Shown here: positions 42,124-52,200 of the stretch, piece by piece
How the letters are laid out: every line of letters starts with the position of its first letter
Numbering within the stretch: the first letter of the stretch is position 1
DNA from: Methanospirillaceae archaeon
Lineage (GTDB): Archaea; Halobacteriota; Methanomicrobia; Methanomicrobiales; Methanospirillaceae
Length of the DNA stretch: 64,000 bases
Assembly: GCA_016926505.1 (NCBI GenBank)
Contig: JAFGOM010000009.1
Span: 2,805 to 66,804 of the forward strand
Reading direction: 5' to 3'
The notes under the pieces: generated by a model
The model's database searches: none
The model's input: only the letters and a program-made list of their open reading frames with translations
What the model was told of the DNA's origin: nothing
Made by a program: the position numbers and the translations under genes

Positions 42124-42360
42124 TGTACCTCCTTGTCCGGATTTCACATGGGTATCATCAGAAGCATGACACCATGCCGGGCAATTATACAGATATCCTG
42201 CATAATTCCCTGAGAGAGGCATCCTCGTAAGAGGGGTGTGCACCAGCCACTTCTGCTTTGCAGTGCACTTAGATACAAATCGACAAGGATGGGTATATAT
42301 TCTTTGTATGCACAACATATATGCAGTGCAAATACAGGATACGAGGAGACCAGAGAATAC

Positions 42361-42912
42361 ATGACTGACTATCTTGATGACCTTGTGCGAATCAGGGAAC
42401 TTTTAAAGAAGAATCCGAAAGGGATGTCAATCCGTGAGATATCAGAAGCGCTTTCGCTTCACCGGAATACCGCTGCAAAATACCTGGACCTGCTGAAGCT
42501 GAAAGGCGATGTCGACAGGAAACAGGTTGGAACGGCAAGGATGTACTTTTTAATCCAGAGAATGCCGGTTACCGCCCTCGTCAGGTTCTGTATCTTTCCT
42601 CTTATCATCGTCAATAACCGGCAGGAAATTGTGATGGTGAATAACGCAGCCCTGCAATTATTGAAATGTCCGCTCGAGGTGTTATATGGCGAAAAGATTG
42701 ACGAGATACCCTATCCCTTACATACTGATACTCCAGTCGGGGATCTCTGCCGGGAGGTTATCGGAGGTGATGAGAAACAGTACTCTGTCCGGATGATAAT
42801 CCAGAAAGATCCCCATGATCTCTTTATCCATCTCATGCCGGTGGTCTTTGATACGGGAAAGGACGGCTGTGCTATCGTTTTATACAACAAGAAGGTCCTT
42901 CATATCCCCTGA
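42361..42912 (+). CDS. Winged-helix DNA-binding regulator with a C-terminal PAS-like domain
   Basis: 'MSIREISEALSLHRNTAAKYLDLLKLKGDV' (wHTH), followed by 'IIVNNRQEIVMVNNAALQLL'. Divergent from acs copy 2. Confidence 0.6.
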   Translation: MTDYLDDLVRIRELLKKNPKGMSIREISEALSLHRNTAAKYLDLLKLKGDVDRKQVGTARMYFLIQRMPVTALVRFCIFPLIIVNNRQEIVMVNNAALQLLKCPLEVLYGEKIDEIPYPLHTDTPVGDLCREVIGGDEKQYSVRMIIQKDPHDLFIHLMPVVFDTGKDGCAIVLYNKKVLHIP

Positions 42913-43002
42913 TGAGGCTATTGCATGCAATCCTGAACCGGTTTTATAGAAGAGACAGAAATTTCAGACCCTGCATGCTGACCAATCCTACGTATTTTAA
43001 TA

Positions 43003-43791
43003 ATGAAAAACGAATACTACGTTACCGTGAAAGATCCAGGAGCCAGAAGATATTATTGTATTCAGGAAAAAAGACGGATTGTGCATTCCACCCGTTTCCT
43101 TTTTTCGGCAATCCTGATCGTAATACTTTTCTTTTCTCTTCTCGCGGGTTGTATCAACCAGGAATCCTGGACAGCACAACAATGGTATGACGAAGCCGCC
43201 CTTCGTGCAGCTGCCGGCAGTTATCAACAGGCACTTGATGCCTATAACCGGTCCATCGGACTGGATCCGGCTAATGCTGCTGCATATACCCAGAGGGGAA
43301 TTGCTTTTCAGAATCTGGGCCTCACATCGGAAGCACTCCGTGATTTTGATCAGGCCATTGCATTACATCCTGATGAAACTGCTGCATGGCAGGGAAAAAG
43401 CCTGATTTATATCGAACAGGAAAAATATTCCCTCGCACGGATAGCTGCACAACAGGTGATTCGAATCGGAACAGGCCCGGTCCAGAATGCCTGGTACTTA
43501 AAAGGGATCGCCGATGCAAAGAACGGAGACCTGGAAGAGGGACTCAGAAGTTTAAATGAAGCAATCCAGATAGAACCTGCAAGGGAAGATTTCTGGAAGT
43601 ACAAGGCTTTTATTCTGAACCAGCTTGGAAGAAACAGCGAAGTTCTCCTCTGTTATGAGAAATTGACCGAAATAAACCCAGGGAATCCGGAGTACTGGAA
43701 TATGAAAGGCCAGATGCACGTAAACCTCGGGGAGATAAACCAGGCGACCGAGGCTTTTTCCATGGCAAAGAAACTGGTTGAGACGGCGTAA
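43003..43791 (+). CDS. Tetratricopeptide-repeat protein (lipobox-like N-terminus)
   Basis: Repeated 'A..Y..AI.L.P....AW..KG' units. 'LLAGC' follows a hydrophobic segment. Confidence 0.8.
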   Translation: MKNEYYVTVKDPGARRYYCIQEKRRIVHSTRFLFSAILIVILFFSLLAGCINQESWTAQQWYDEAALRAAAGSYQQALDAYNRSIGLDPANAAAYTQRGIAFQNLGLTSEALRDFDQAIALHPDETAAWQGKSLIYIEQEKYSLARIAAQQVIRIGTGPVQNAWYLKGIADAKNGDLEEGLRSLNEAIQIEPAREDFWKYKAFILNQLGRNSEVLLCYEKLTEINPGNPEYWNMKGQMHVNLGEINQATEAFSMAKKLVETA

Positions 43792-44191
43792 TTAGTTACT
43801 GCGGGGACGAACTTTCAGATTTCAGTGATTCTTCCAAAAACTTTTTCTTTCCCTTAATCATCCCTATCTATTGATATAATCATCATATCCCCTTTTATTA
43901 ATAAGGAATATTAAGGTATAGTTATTATCGGGACCAGAAAAGGGAATAACCAACCATCTCCTTTCATCCTATCTCATATTCCCTTTATCATCGAATAAAC
44001 TACATGAAATTGTGTCTTTTTCACGGATAAATGGAATATGTCATTTTTTTTGAAATATTCATCCCTTACTACTTAAAGTAAGTAAACACGTGGAAACGAA
44101 AAATAATTAAGAATTATTTCGATATCTTTAATGGTTTTTTATTACTATACTAAAGTATTACCAGATACTTATGCAATCTGCCGTTTGAAAT

Positions 44192-44971
44192 ATGACTGTT
44201 TTATATACATCAAAAATCCTCAAAGCGTCTGCTCTTGTAGATGATACCCTTCAATTATTTTCATCCTGGGATCTCTCACGTAATCAAAAGGACAATCTCA
44301 TAAACATCAAGGAAAACAATATACTGGCTAAAACCTCCAGATCTCGACTTGAGGACATTCTTGTCATCCTTAAACAGCGCTATCTCTCTGATGACGATCT
44401 CATCACCGCACTCCACCTTTTTGTCAGTCAGCGAGTTTCAAATGAAATATTATATCCAATTCTCTTTTTCCTGACAGTACGATCTGATCTCCTTATTCAT
44501 GATCTCATAATCGATTATGTTTACGAACGAAGACGCTCTGGTGCTGAATCGATATCATCTCCTGAAATTGATCACGTTGTTCAACGATATGTAAAGGAAG
44601 GAAAAACAATTACCTCATGGTCTCCAGAGACCACAATTCGGGTTTCTCAGCATTTTTTAGCCCTTCTGAGGGATTTTGGCATTTTTGAAGGAAAAAGCAA
44701 AAAACAATTTGCACCGTTTCTTATTCCAAATGAATCTTTCTCATTTCTTTCATTGTATCTTGAAAAAAGAGGATTTTCTGGTCAGCAATTGATCATAACT
44801 AATGAATGGAAGATTTTATTTCTGGAAAAAGATCTCGTAGAACGTTTTTATGTCGATTGTGAACAGGACGGGCTCCTGATCTATAATGCAGCCTGGCCAG
44901 TGATTCGAATAGATTATCCAGCCCAAACCTTAGCGGAGTATGCGCATGTCATCATTAACCGGACGAATTGA
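44192..44971 (+). CDS. brxA: BREX protein BrxA (DUF1819-like)
   Basis: It holds the first position of the BREX operon and has DUF1819-like size and helical character. The call rests on position plus weak recognition. Confidence 0.65.
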   Translation: MTVLYTSKILKASALVDDTLQLFSSWDLSRNQKDNLINIKENNILAKTSRSRLEDILVILKQRYLSDDDLITALHLFVSQRVSNEILYPILFFLTVRSDLLIHDLIIDYVYERRRSGAESISSPEIDHVVQRYVKEGKTITSWSPETTIRVSQHFLALLRDFGIFEGKSKKQFAPFLIPNESFSFLSLYLEKRGFSGQQLIITNEWKILFLEKDLVERFYVDCEQDGLLIYNAAWPVIRIDYPAQTLAEYAHVIINRTN

Positions 44972-45545
44972 ACAACTACGACAAGATATTATGAGCAGTC
45001 CACCCCGGATCAGTGTGTACCGGGAGATGCCGTTTGCTATCTTCAGATACAATCCGGAAGATGAATGGACGCTCCGATCAGAAACACAAAATCTCGCGAT
45101 CCAACTTCGGAATGCCGGGAAAAATGTGGTCCTATTTTCGATGGAGACGATTCTCTGGGAAATTCTTGAGAAGATAGAAGAGGAGAACCCGGGAGAAGGG
45201 AGACTCGGGGGGCTTATCGACCAGGAGAAGTTTGAGGGGTTTTCTAATATGCAAGAGCAGATGGTGACCTACCTTTCAGATGAAGAGTACTGTCCGCTTT
45301 CGTCCTACATCGAGAAGAAACTTAACGCTTTAAATCCGAAACAGGATATCGGGTTTCTGGTGCATGTCGGGGCACTGGCTCCCCACTTTTACCAGGTCTC
45401 AAAACTGCTGGATGAACTCCAGGGACGGGTTGCCGTCACGACGATTCTCTTTTATCCTGGATCGCTCGAAGAACCGCATGGACTTCGGTTTATGGATATG
45501 CATGATCGTCCTGCTACCGGGGGATACCGGGTGAAGATATACTGA
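44946..45545 (+). CDS. brxB: BREX protein BrxB (DUF1788-like)
   Basis: 'PFAIFRYNPEDEW..L......L...G..V' is the characteristic DUF1788 N-terminus. Second position in the operon. Confidence 0.7.
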   Translation: MSSLTGRIEQLRQDIMSSPPRISVYREMPFAIFRYNPEDEWTLRSETQNLAIQLRNAGKNVVLFSMETILWEILEKIEEENPGEGRLGGLIDQEKFEGFSNMQEQMVTYLSDEEYCPLSSYIEKKLNALNPKQDIGFLVHVGALAPHFYQVSKLLDELQGRVAVTTILFYPGSLEEPHGLRFMDMHDRPATGGYRVKIY

Positions 45546-45549
45546 TACT

Positions 45550-48500
45550 ATGACACTTATTCGAGATATATTAGAACGGGATCTGAATCAGAAGATCGCC
45601 GAGATTATCAAGGTGAATCAGGCTGATGAAGAGACCGTATTTGAAGAGATTACTGAATATGTGGTGACCGATAATATCAGGAAACAGTATTTGGCGGTTC
45701 TGGAAGCGATCTCAAAAGGACCGCAAACTCATCAGACTGATGAGAATATTGGTATCTGGGTGTCTGGTTTCTTTGGGTCAGGTAAATCTTCTTTTGCGAA
45801 GATTCTCGGGTATATCTTAAAAAACCCATCAATTCACGGGAGCTCTGCCAGTGCTCTCTTTAAAGATCAGATCAAGGATGTCCGGGTAAGTGAATATCTG
45901 GATTATATCAATGCAGGTATTCCGACCGATGTGATTATGTTTGATATCTCAACCGATCGGCTGGTCAGGCATGGAGGGCTTGAACCGATAGCTGAGATAA
46001 TGTATCGCAAGCTCCTTGAGTATCTCGGGTATTCTACCGATTTTGATATCGCAGAGCTGGAGATTCAGCTTGAGGAGGAAGAAACAATGGATACGTTCCT
46101 CTCGCTGTTTGCGTCGCTCTATCCTGATACCACCTGGGAGAAAGCCAGAATTGGTGCGACGAAACTCAACCGGGCGAGTGCGACCCTGTATCAGATGGAG
46201 CCGCAGACCTTCCCGACCCCTGCGACCTGGGCTGAGTCGGTGAAGACCCGTCAGGCTGAATTAACAGTGAATAAGATCGTGAGCCGGATTTTTGATCTTC
46301 CTTCCCGAAGGATGCCAGGGAAGGCAATTGTCTTTGTGATAGATGAGGTTGGTCAGTATGTTGCCCGCAGTTCTGATAAAATTGAAGATCTTCGAGCTCT
46401 CGTGGAACAGGTCGGAAAAGAAGGGAAAGCCCGGCTGAAAGAGCGAAAGATACCTGCTCCAATCTGGCTGGTTGTCACCTCGCAAGAGAAACTCAATGAG
46501 GTGATTGCTGCTATTGATAGTAAGAATGTGCAGATTGCCCGGCTGCAGGACCGGTTTGCGTACAAGGTGGATCTCTCCCCTGCTGATATCAGGGAGGTTG
46601 CAAGCCGGAGGGTGCTCTCGAAGAAGAAGGAGGCAGTTCCGGTTCTTCAGACTATGTACCAGCAGTCTGAAGGACGGCTTATTGCACAGTGTTCCCTTGA
46701 GCGGTCCGGTATTGCGACAACGATATCAGCTGATACCTTTGTTGAATCGTATCCATATCTGCCCTACATGATCGATCTCTCCATTCGGCTGATGTCTGCG
46801 ATTCGGCTGCAGTCTGGAGCGGTGAAACATCAGGGAGGAGCGAACCGGACGATCATCAAGCAGGCGTATGAGATGCTGGTCTCTGAACGGACCCGGCTTG
46901 CAGATGCTCCGGTTGGCCGGCTCGTGACCCTTGATCTTATCTATGAACTAGTAGAAGCGAACCTCTCGGTTGAAGGCCGGATGGATATGATGACGATCCT
47001 CTCATCATTTGAGGAGGAAGGAGATCCGGAGTGGCCGGTGCGGTCTGCGAAGGCGATCATGCTTTTGACTTTTGTGCGAGAGATTCCCCGGACACCGAAG
47101 AATATTGCATCGGTTCTGATATCAGAGGTCGGGCAGGATGCTCCGGTTGCCGAGGTGAAGGCTGCGGTGGACCGGTTGCTTGCCAAGCGGTTCATCAAAG
47201 AGACTGAAGAGGGGTATAAACTGCTCTCACAGGGTGAAAAGACCTGGGATGAGGAACGGCAGGGGCTGAAAGGGGTTATCAGACCGGCAGATCGTACTGG
47301 AATTTTGCGTGACCTGCTGGGGAAGAGTCTTACTGATCCGAAACTGAAGACATACCGGCATCAGAATCTGAAGAATTTCAAGGTCTCTTACTCGGTGGAT
47401 GGCACCCGGGTCTCTGATCCCGGCTCCATCGTGGTGTATATTGAGATCTCTGAGGACCCGGAGAAACTTGCGACCGAGATTGAGCGGGTTCAGAGTGAGA
47501 GCAGGGGCAAGGATCGGCAGTATGACATCTTCTGGGTGATGACCGCGACCCCGGAGATTGATGGGATGGTGACTGAGCTCTATGCCTCCCGCGAGATGGT
47601 CAGGAAGTACGACCAGGCACGGGCACAAAATAAGATTAATGCGATCGAGCAGGAGTGCCTTGAAGCTGAGAAGAAGGAGCAGGCCAGGTGGCAGGCCCGG
47701 CTTTCAGAGAAACTCTTCCAGTCGCTCAGTGAGGGGGTCGGGATTTTCCAGGGAGTTCGGAAGGAGAGTGCCTCTCTTGGGAAGGATCTCTCGTCAGCAT
47801 TCCCGGCCCTCTTTGGGTATGCTGCACCGATTCTCTTCCCTCATCTCTCAACCGGGGCGGTGAACCTGAAAGGGGATGAGGCCACCCGGGTGCTTCGCGA
47901 TCAGAACCTCTCCGGTCTGCCTGCAATCTTTTACGAGGGGAATGGCGGCCTCTCGCTTGTCAGGAAAGAGAATAATAATTACGTGGTCAATCCGGAAGCC
48001 CCGATTGTTGCCCTGGTGCTTGAGCCGGTCCGTCGTCAGCATGAGTACGGGGGTGAGGCAATCTCGGGGAAGTACCTTGAGCAGTACTTTGGCGGGTATG
48101 GCTTTGGCTGGGATAGTGCGGTGGTGATGATGACCCTTGCAACCCTCTTCCGGGGTGGGATGCTTGCGGTGATGCATCAGGGGACCACATACGAAAGTTA
48201 TGATGAGAAGGAGGCACAGGCGATCTTCACCACGATCCCGAAGTTTCGGAGTAGTGCGTTTATCCTCTCTGATACGAATATTCCGGTAGAGGCACTGGTG
48301 AGGCTCTCGGATCTCCATCGGGATATGACCGGGCATGAACTGGATATTGATGAGGTGAAGATTGCTGCCGGGTTTGTGGAACTGGCAAATAAGGAGTATG
48401 ACGGGGTGGTCTCACTCGTGGCAACCATCCGATCGAACAAGCTTCCGCAGCTTGAGGATGTCGAGAGTCTGAAAGTGATGCTCCAGGCGATTCGGTCTGC

Positions 48501-49206
48501 CCCTTCATCCCGGGCGGTCTGCAAGGTTCTGCAGGGGTATGATCAGTCACTCCGTCATGCACGGGACCGGTACCTGGTGGTATCACGAAAACTCACCGAT
48601 TCCTTCCTTTCGATTGTTGAAAAGGCTCGGAAACTTGTTCCGATTGCAGCACCGGCAGTTGATAATAGGGACGGAGAGCAGGTAGTTAAAGATTTGGCAG
48701 CCTTGCTTGAGTCTGATGACCTCATTGACCAGGAAGAAGAGTTAGTCAAACTTCTTACAGATGCTGAAGCTGCATACCTGAAAATGTATAAGGATGCTCA
48801 TGCTGAGCGGAACCATATCATCAAGAGTTATATTGAACTCGTGAATGGAAATCCGGATTTTGATGCACTTTCACCAGCACAGCAGGATATTGTGCATGGA
48901 GTTATCAGGCCCTATCTGTGTGAGGGGGAGGGGCTGAATGAGCAGTATGTCTGTCCGGTCTGTAAAGCAAATGTTCCTACGATTATTTCCCTCTCCCCTC
49001 GGGGTGTAGAACTTTTTGAGAAGATGAACCTGATGATCCAGAAATTTCTCATCCCCCCGGAGCGGATCAAGCAGGTGAATATCTCTACGTATCTTCCAAA
49101 TCGGATTGAAGATATGGAGTCCCTTGACCTTGCCGTTGCGGAACTGAAGGCTGAACTAGAGAAATTCCTTGATGAAGGATATACGCTCGTCTTTACCTCA
49201 CGATGA
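45550..49206 (+). CDS. brxC: BREX P-loop ATPase BrxC/PglY
   Basis: 1,218 aa. Walker A 'GFFGSGKSSFAKILGY', Walker B-like 'IVFVIDEVGQY'. Size and position are typical. Confidence 0.85.
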   Translation: MTLIRDILERDLNQKIAEIIKVNQADEETVFEEITEYVVTDNIRKQYLAVLEAISKGPQTHQTDENIGIWVSGFFGSGKSSFAKILGYILKNPSIHGSSASALFKDQIKDVRVSEYLDYINAGIPTDVIMFDISTDRLVRHGGLEPIAEIMYRKLLEYLGYSTDFDIAELEIQLEEEETMDTFLSLFASLYPDTTWEKARIGATKLNRASATLYQMEPQTFPTPATWAESVKTRQAELTVNKIVSRIFDLPSRRMPGKAIVFVIDEVGQYVARSSDKIEDLRALVEQVGKEGKARLKERKIPAPIWLVVTSQEKLNEVIAAIDSKNVQIARLQDRFAYKVDLSPADIREVASRRVLSKKKEAVPVLQTMYQQSEGRLIAQCSLERSGIATTISADTFVESYPYLPYMIDLSIRLMSAIRLQSGAVKHQGGANRTIIKQAYEMLVSERTRLADAPVGRLVTLDLIYELVEANLSVEGRMDMMTILSSFEEEGDPEWPVRSAKAIMLLTFVREIPRTPKNIASVLISEVGQDAPVAEVKAAVDRLLAKRFIKETEEGYKLLSQGEKTWDEERQGLKGVIRPADRTGILRDLLGKSLTDPKLKTYRHQNLKNFKVSYSVDGTRVSDPGSIVVYIEISEDPEKLATEIERVQSESRGKDRQYDIFWVMTATPEIDGMVTELYASREMVRKYDQARAQNKINAIEQECLEAEKKEQARWQARLSEKLFQSLSEGVGIFQGVRKESASLGKDLSSAFPALFGYAAPILFPHLSTGAVNLKGDEATRVLRDQNLSGLPAIFYEGNGGLSLVRKENNNYVVNPEAPIVALVLEPVRRQHEYGGEAISGKYLEQYFGGYGFGWDSAVVMMTLATLFRGGMLAVMHQGTTYESYDEKEAQAIFTTIPKFRSSAFILSDTNIPVEALVRLSDLHRDMTGHELDIDEVKIAAGFVELANKEYDGVVSLVATIRSNKLPQLEDVESLKVMLQAIRSAPSSRAVCKVLQGYDQSLRHARDRYLVVSRKLTDSFLSIVEKARKLVPIAAPAVDNRDGEQVVKDLAALLESDDLIDQEEELVKLLTDAEAAYLKMYKDAHAERNHIIKSYIELVNGNPDFDALSPAQQDIVHGVIRPYLCEGEGLNEQYVCPVCKANVPTIISLSPRGVELFEKMNLMIQKFLIPPERIKQVNISTYLPNRIEDMESLDLAVAELKAELEKFLDEGYTLVFTSR

Positions 49207-52200
49207 CCATGACCGATACACCGGATGTGAACAAGTCTGCACTCCATGATCTCTCCCTGACCGCCCGAAAAACCCTGACCACTGATGTCCAGGATCTTCT
49301 CGAAGGGGTGTATGGTCTCTCTGATAAAGGAGTATTTACGCCGGCAGAGAAGATCCCGGCGATCCAGGATGAACCTGAAGTTGCAGAGACCCGAAGGCTC
49401 CTTGAGCAGCTGTTTGCTGATGAGACGTCTTCAGGTATGCCTGCTCCGGAAGCATACCGGCGACTGGTAAAAGAGGTCTCGTTCACCTGGACCAACCGGC
49501 TCGTTGCTCTCCGGATGATGGAGGTCCGGGGGCTTATCAGGAAATCGCTGGAAGGGCAGGTAGATTCAAATGGGTTCCTCCGGTGGTCCGTTTCTCCGGA
49601 GCAGGCAGCGATCAAGCGAGATATGGGGGATCTCACCCTGAATAGCCGGGGAGAGACCGGGCATACCGGATTTTTATCCTCTCGGTTTGTGGTGATATCG
49701 CCGGTGAGATAGCAGTCCTCTTTGATCCAGAGAATCTTCCGTCTCGTTTATTTCCCCGGCCTCCGGCTTTGAAAGAGATGATCCTGATACTTACGCATCA
49801 GGATCTTGATTCCTCCTGGCAGGCAGAAGAGACGATCGGGTGGGTGTACCAGTACTTCAACGAGGAGGAGAAGGCTGCGGTCTTTGACCGGCTCTATAAG
49901 CAAAAAAAGAAGATCCAGGCAGAGGATATTCCGGCTGCCACCCAGCTCTTCACTCCCCGGTGGATTGTCAAATATCTGGTGCAGAATACCCTGGGGCGTC
50001 AGTGGGTACAGATGCATCCCGATACCCGGCTCGTAGAGTTTCTGGATTATCTCGTTCCCCTACAGGGAGAGGTTCCTCCGGTTCCGATGAAACCGGTCCG
50101 GGAGCTGACTCTCCTGGATCCGGCATGTGGGACGATGCATTTTGGGCTGGTGGCGTTTGATCTCTTTACCCGAATGTACGAAGAGGAACTGGAGAAGGCC
50201 GGGACTTCAGGATGGCCTGTTGCTCCTTCGATAAAGGATACCAGAGAGATTCCTTCTGCGATTATTGAGAATAATATCTGGGGGGCTGATATTGATCTTC
50301 GGGCCATCCAGCTCTCGGCATTGACGCTGTTCCTGAAAGCGAAGGCATACCATAAAGATACGAAGATCACGAAGCATCACCTGGCCCATGCCGGAGTACA
50401 GCCGATCAGCGGAGAGCATTTAGAGAAGTTTGTGCAGGATTCAGAACTGTCTCCATTATATAACCGGATTCTCCGGCAATTACTTGAAGAACTAAAACTT
50501 GCTCCGCATCTGGGGTCATTACTCAAGATCGAGGAGTCGATCACCCGGCTGGTGCAGGAGGAGAAGGACCGATTCGAGGTGAAGGGCAGGCAGATCGATC
50601 TTTCTGGGAAACCATTGGAGGGGTTTGATACAGCTGCTTTTGACGAGGTCTTCTGGGAACGGCTCGGGAATGATATCGCTAAGAAACTTCAGGAGTATGC
50701 AACGGCTCACGGGACCCTGGAAGAGAATTTTTTTGCAGGAGAGGCAGAGAAGGGGCTTCGGTTACTGGAGGTACTGAGGAGAAAGTATGATGTGGTTATT
50801 GCTAATCCTCCTTATCTCCACAATAGAGGAATGAGTATAGAAATTCGTAATTATCTTAACTCGCATTATATTAATTCCGATAAAGACCTATATAGTGCCT
50901 TCATTTATAAATTAATACAATTATCTACTCAATATTCTCGCATTGGAATGATTACTCAACAATCATTCATGTTCACTAACAATTTCGAATTATTACGCAA
51001 TTTTATTGATGAATGTGCACTTTTAGAGTCTATGATCCATTTAGGTCCACATGCATTTGTGGATATTAGTGGGGAAAAAGTCAATACAACTGCATTCATT
51101 TTAAACATTTTTGATACAAAAACTAAATATAAAAGAAATTCTTCAATTTTTTTTAGATTAATTAAAATTCAAGACCCAATTGAGAAAAAAATTAATTTTG
51201 GAAAGTTTTTTTATGATTTAAAATCCAATCACGAAAATAAGTGTTATCTCTATAGTACGATTAATTTTAATAGAATTCCTGAATCTCCTTGGATTTATTG
51301 GTTAAGTTCAGAAATATTATCTTTTTTTGATAATTATAAATTATTATCAGAAATCTCTCCCTCTCGAGTTGGGTTGCAAACAGGAGATAATTTCAGATTT
51401 TTAAAATATTGGTGGGAAATAGAAAATAGAACTACAGTCCTAAAATGGACACCATATATGAAAGGAGGAGAGTATTGTAAGTGGTACGGAAACCAAGAAT
51501 ATATTGTTAATTGGGATAATGATGGTTATGAAATTAAAAATATTGTGGATTCAAAAGGAAAAATTGCATCTAGGCCACAAAATACTGGTTATTATAAGTT
51601 AAAGGGGATAACATATGGAGATTTATCATCAACAGCATTTAATGCTAGGTTATCTCCAGGTGGATTCATTTTCGATGTAAAAGGTTCTTCCCTGTTTCCA
51701 GATAATAATTATAAATTCTTAGGATTATTAAATTCAAAGTTTTCAAATTATATTCTGTCTTCGTTGAATCCCACAGTTTCTTTCCAAGTCGGAGATCTCG
51801 CCCGTCTCCCCATCCCCGATAAAAATTCACCCCTTCTCGAATCACTCGTCGAAAACGCCATCACCCTCGCTAAGATTGACTCAGCCGAAGACGAGATCAC
51901 CTACGACTTCACGGCTCCCCCATTCGCCCCCACCCTCTCCGGCATGACCGATCTCGTGAAACAACGTCATGACCATCTCCGGGACATAGAAAATAAGATC
52001 GACGACGAAGTATATCGTCTCTACGACATCACTGACGAGGATCGGGCAGCCATCGAAACCGAAGTCGGACAGCCTCCGGCACTCCCGACCCCGACACCCG
52101 TGGATCTGGTTAATCACTGGATCGGGTATGCCATCGGGATCATCATGGGCCGGTTCATCCCCGGAGAAGAGGGAGCACTCGGGTCCGGAATCGTGGATGG

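Noticed and set aside
43872-43884. A 13-nt match 'TGATATAATCATC' on the left flank of the BREX island, present in inverted orientation on the right flank at 62918-62930. This raised the possibility of terminal inverted repeats.
   Set aside because: It is a single short match between two AT-rich regions of about 400 bp. It does not extend beyond 13 nt, and no transposase or integrase is present. It is compatible with chance.
47227-48586. Several long minus-strand ORFs inside brxC (47227..47628, 47848..48336, 48198..48524, 48260..48586)
   Set aside because: They lie antisense to a well-supported 1,218-aa gene. Their translations are low-complexity and Arg/Pro/Gly/Ser-rich, as expected for shadow ORFs. 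The same reasoning applies to 28617..29237, 37402..37929, 38322..39000, 35198..35666 and similar tracks.
49769-49780. Treating TTG 49769 / ATG 49778 as the genuine start of an independent, shorter pglX
   Set aside because: The PglX-like reading frame is already open and homologous-looking from 49646, and the upstream 169-aa ORF is a PglX N-terminus. A frameshift within one gene explains the data better than two genes do.
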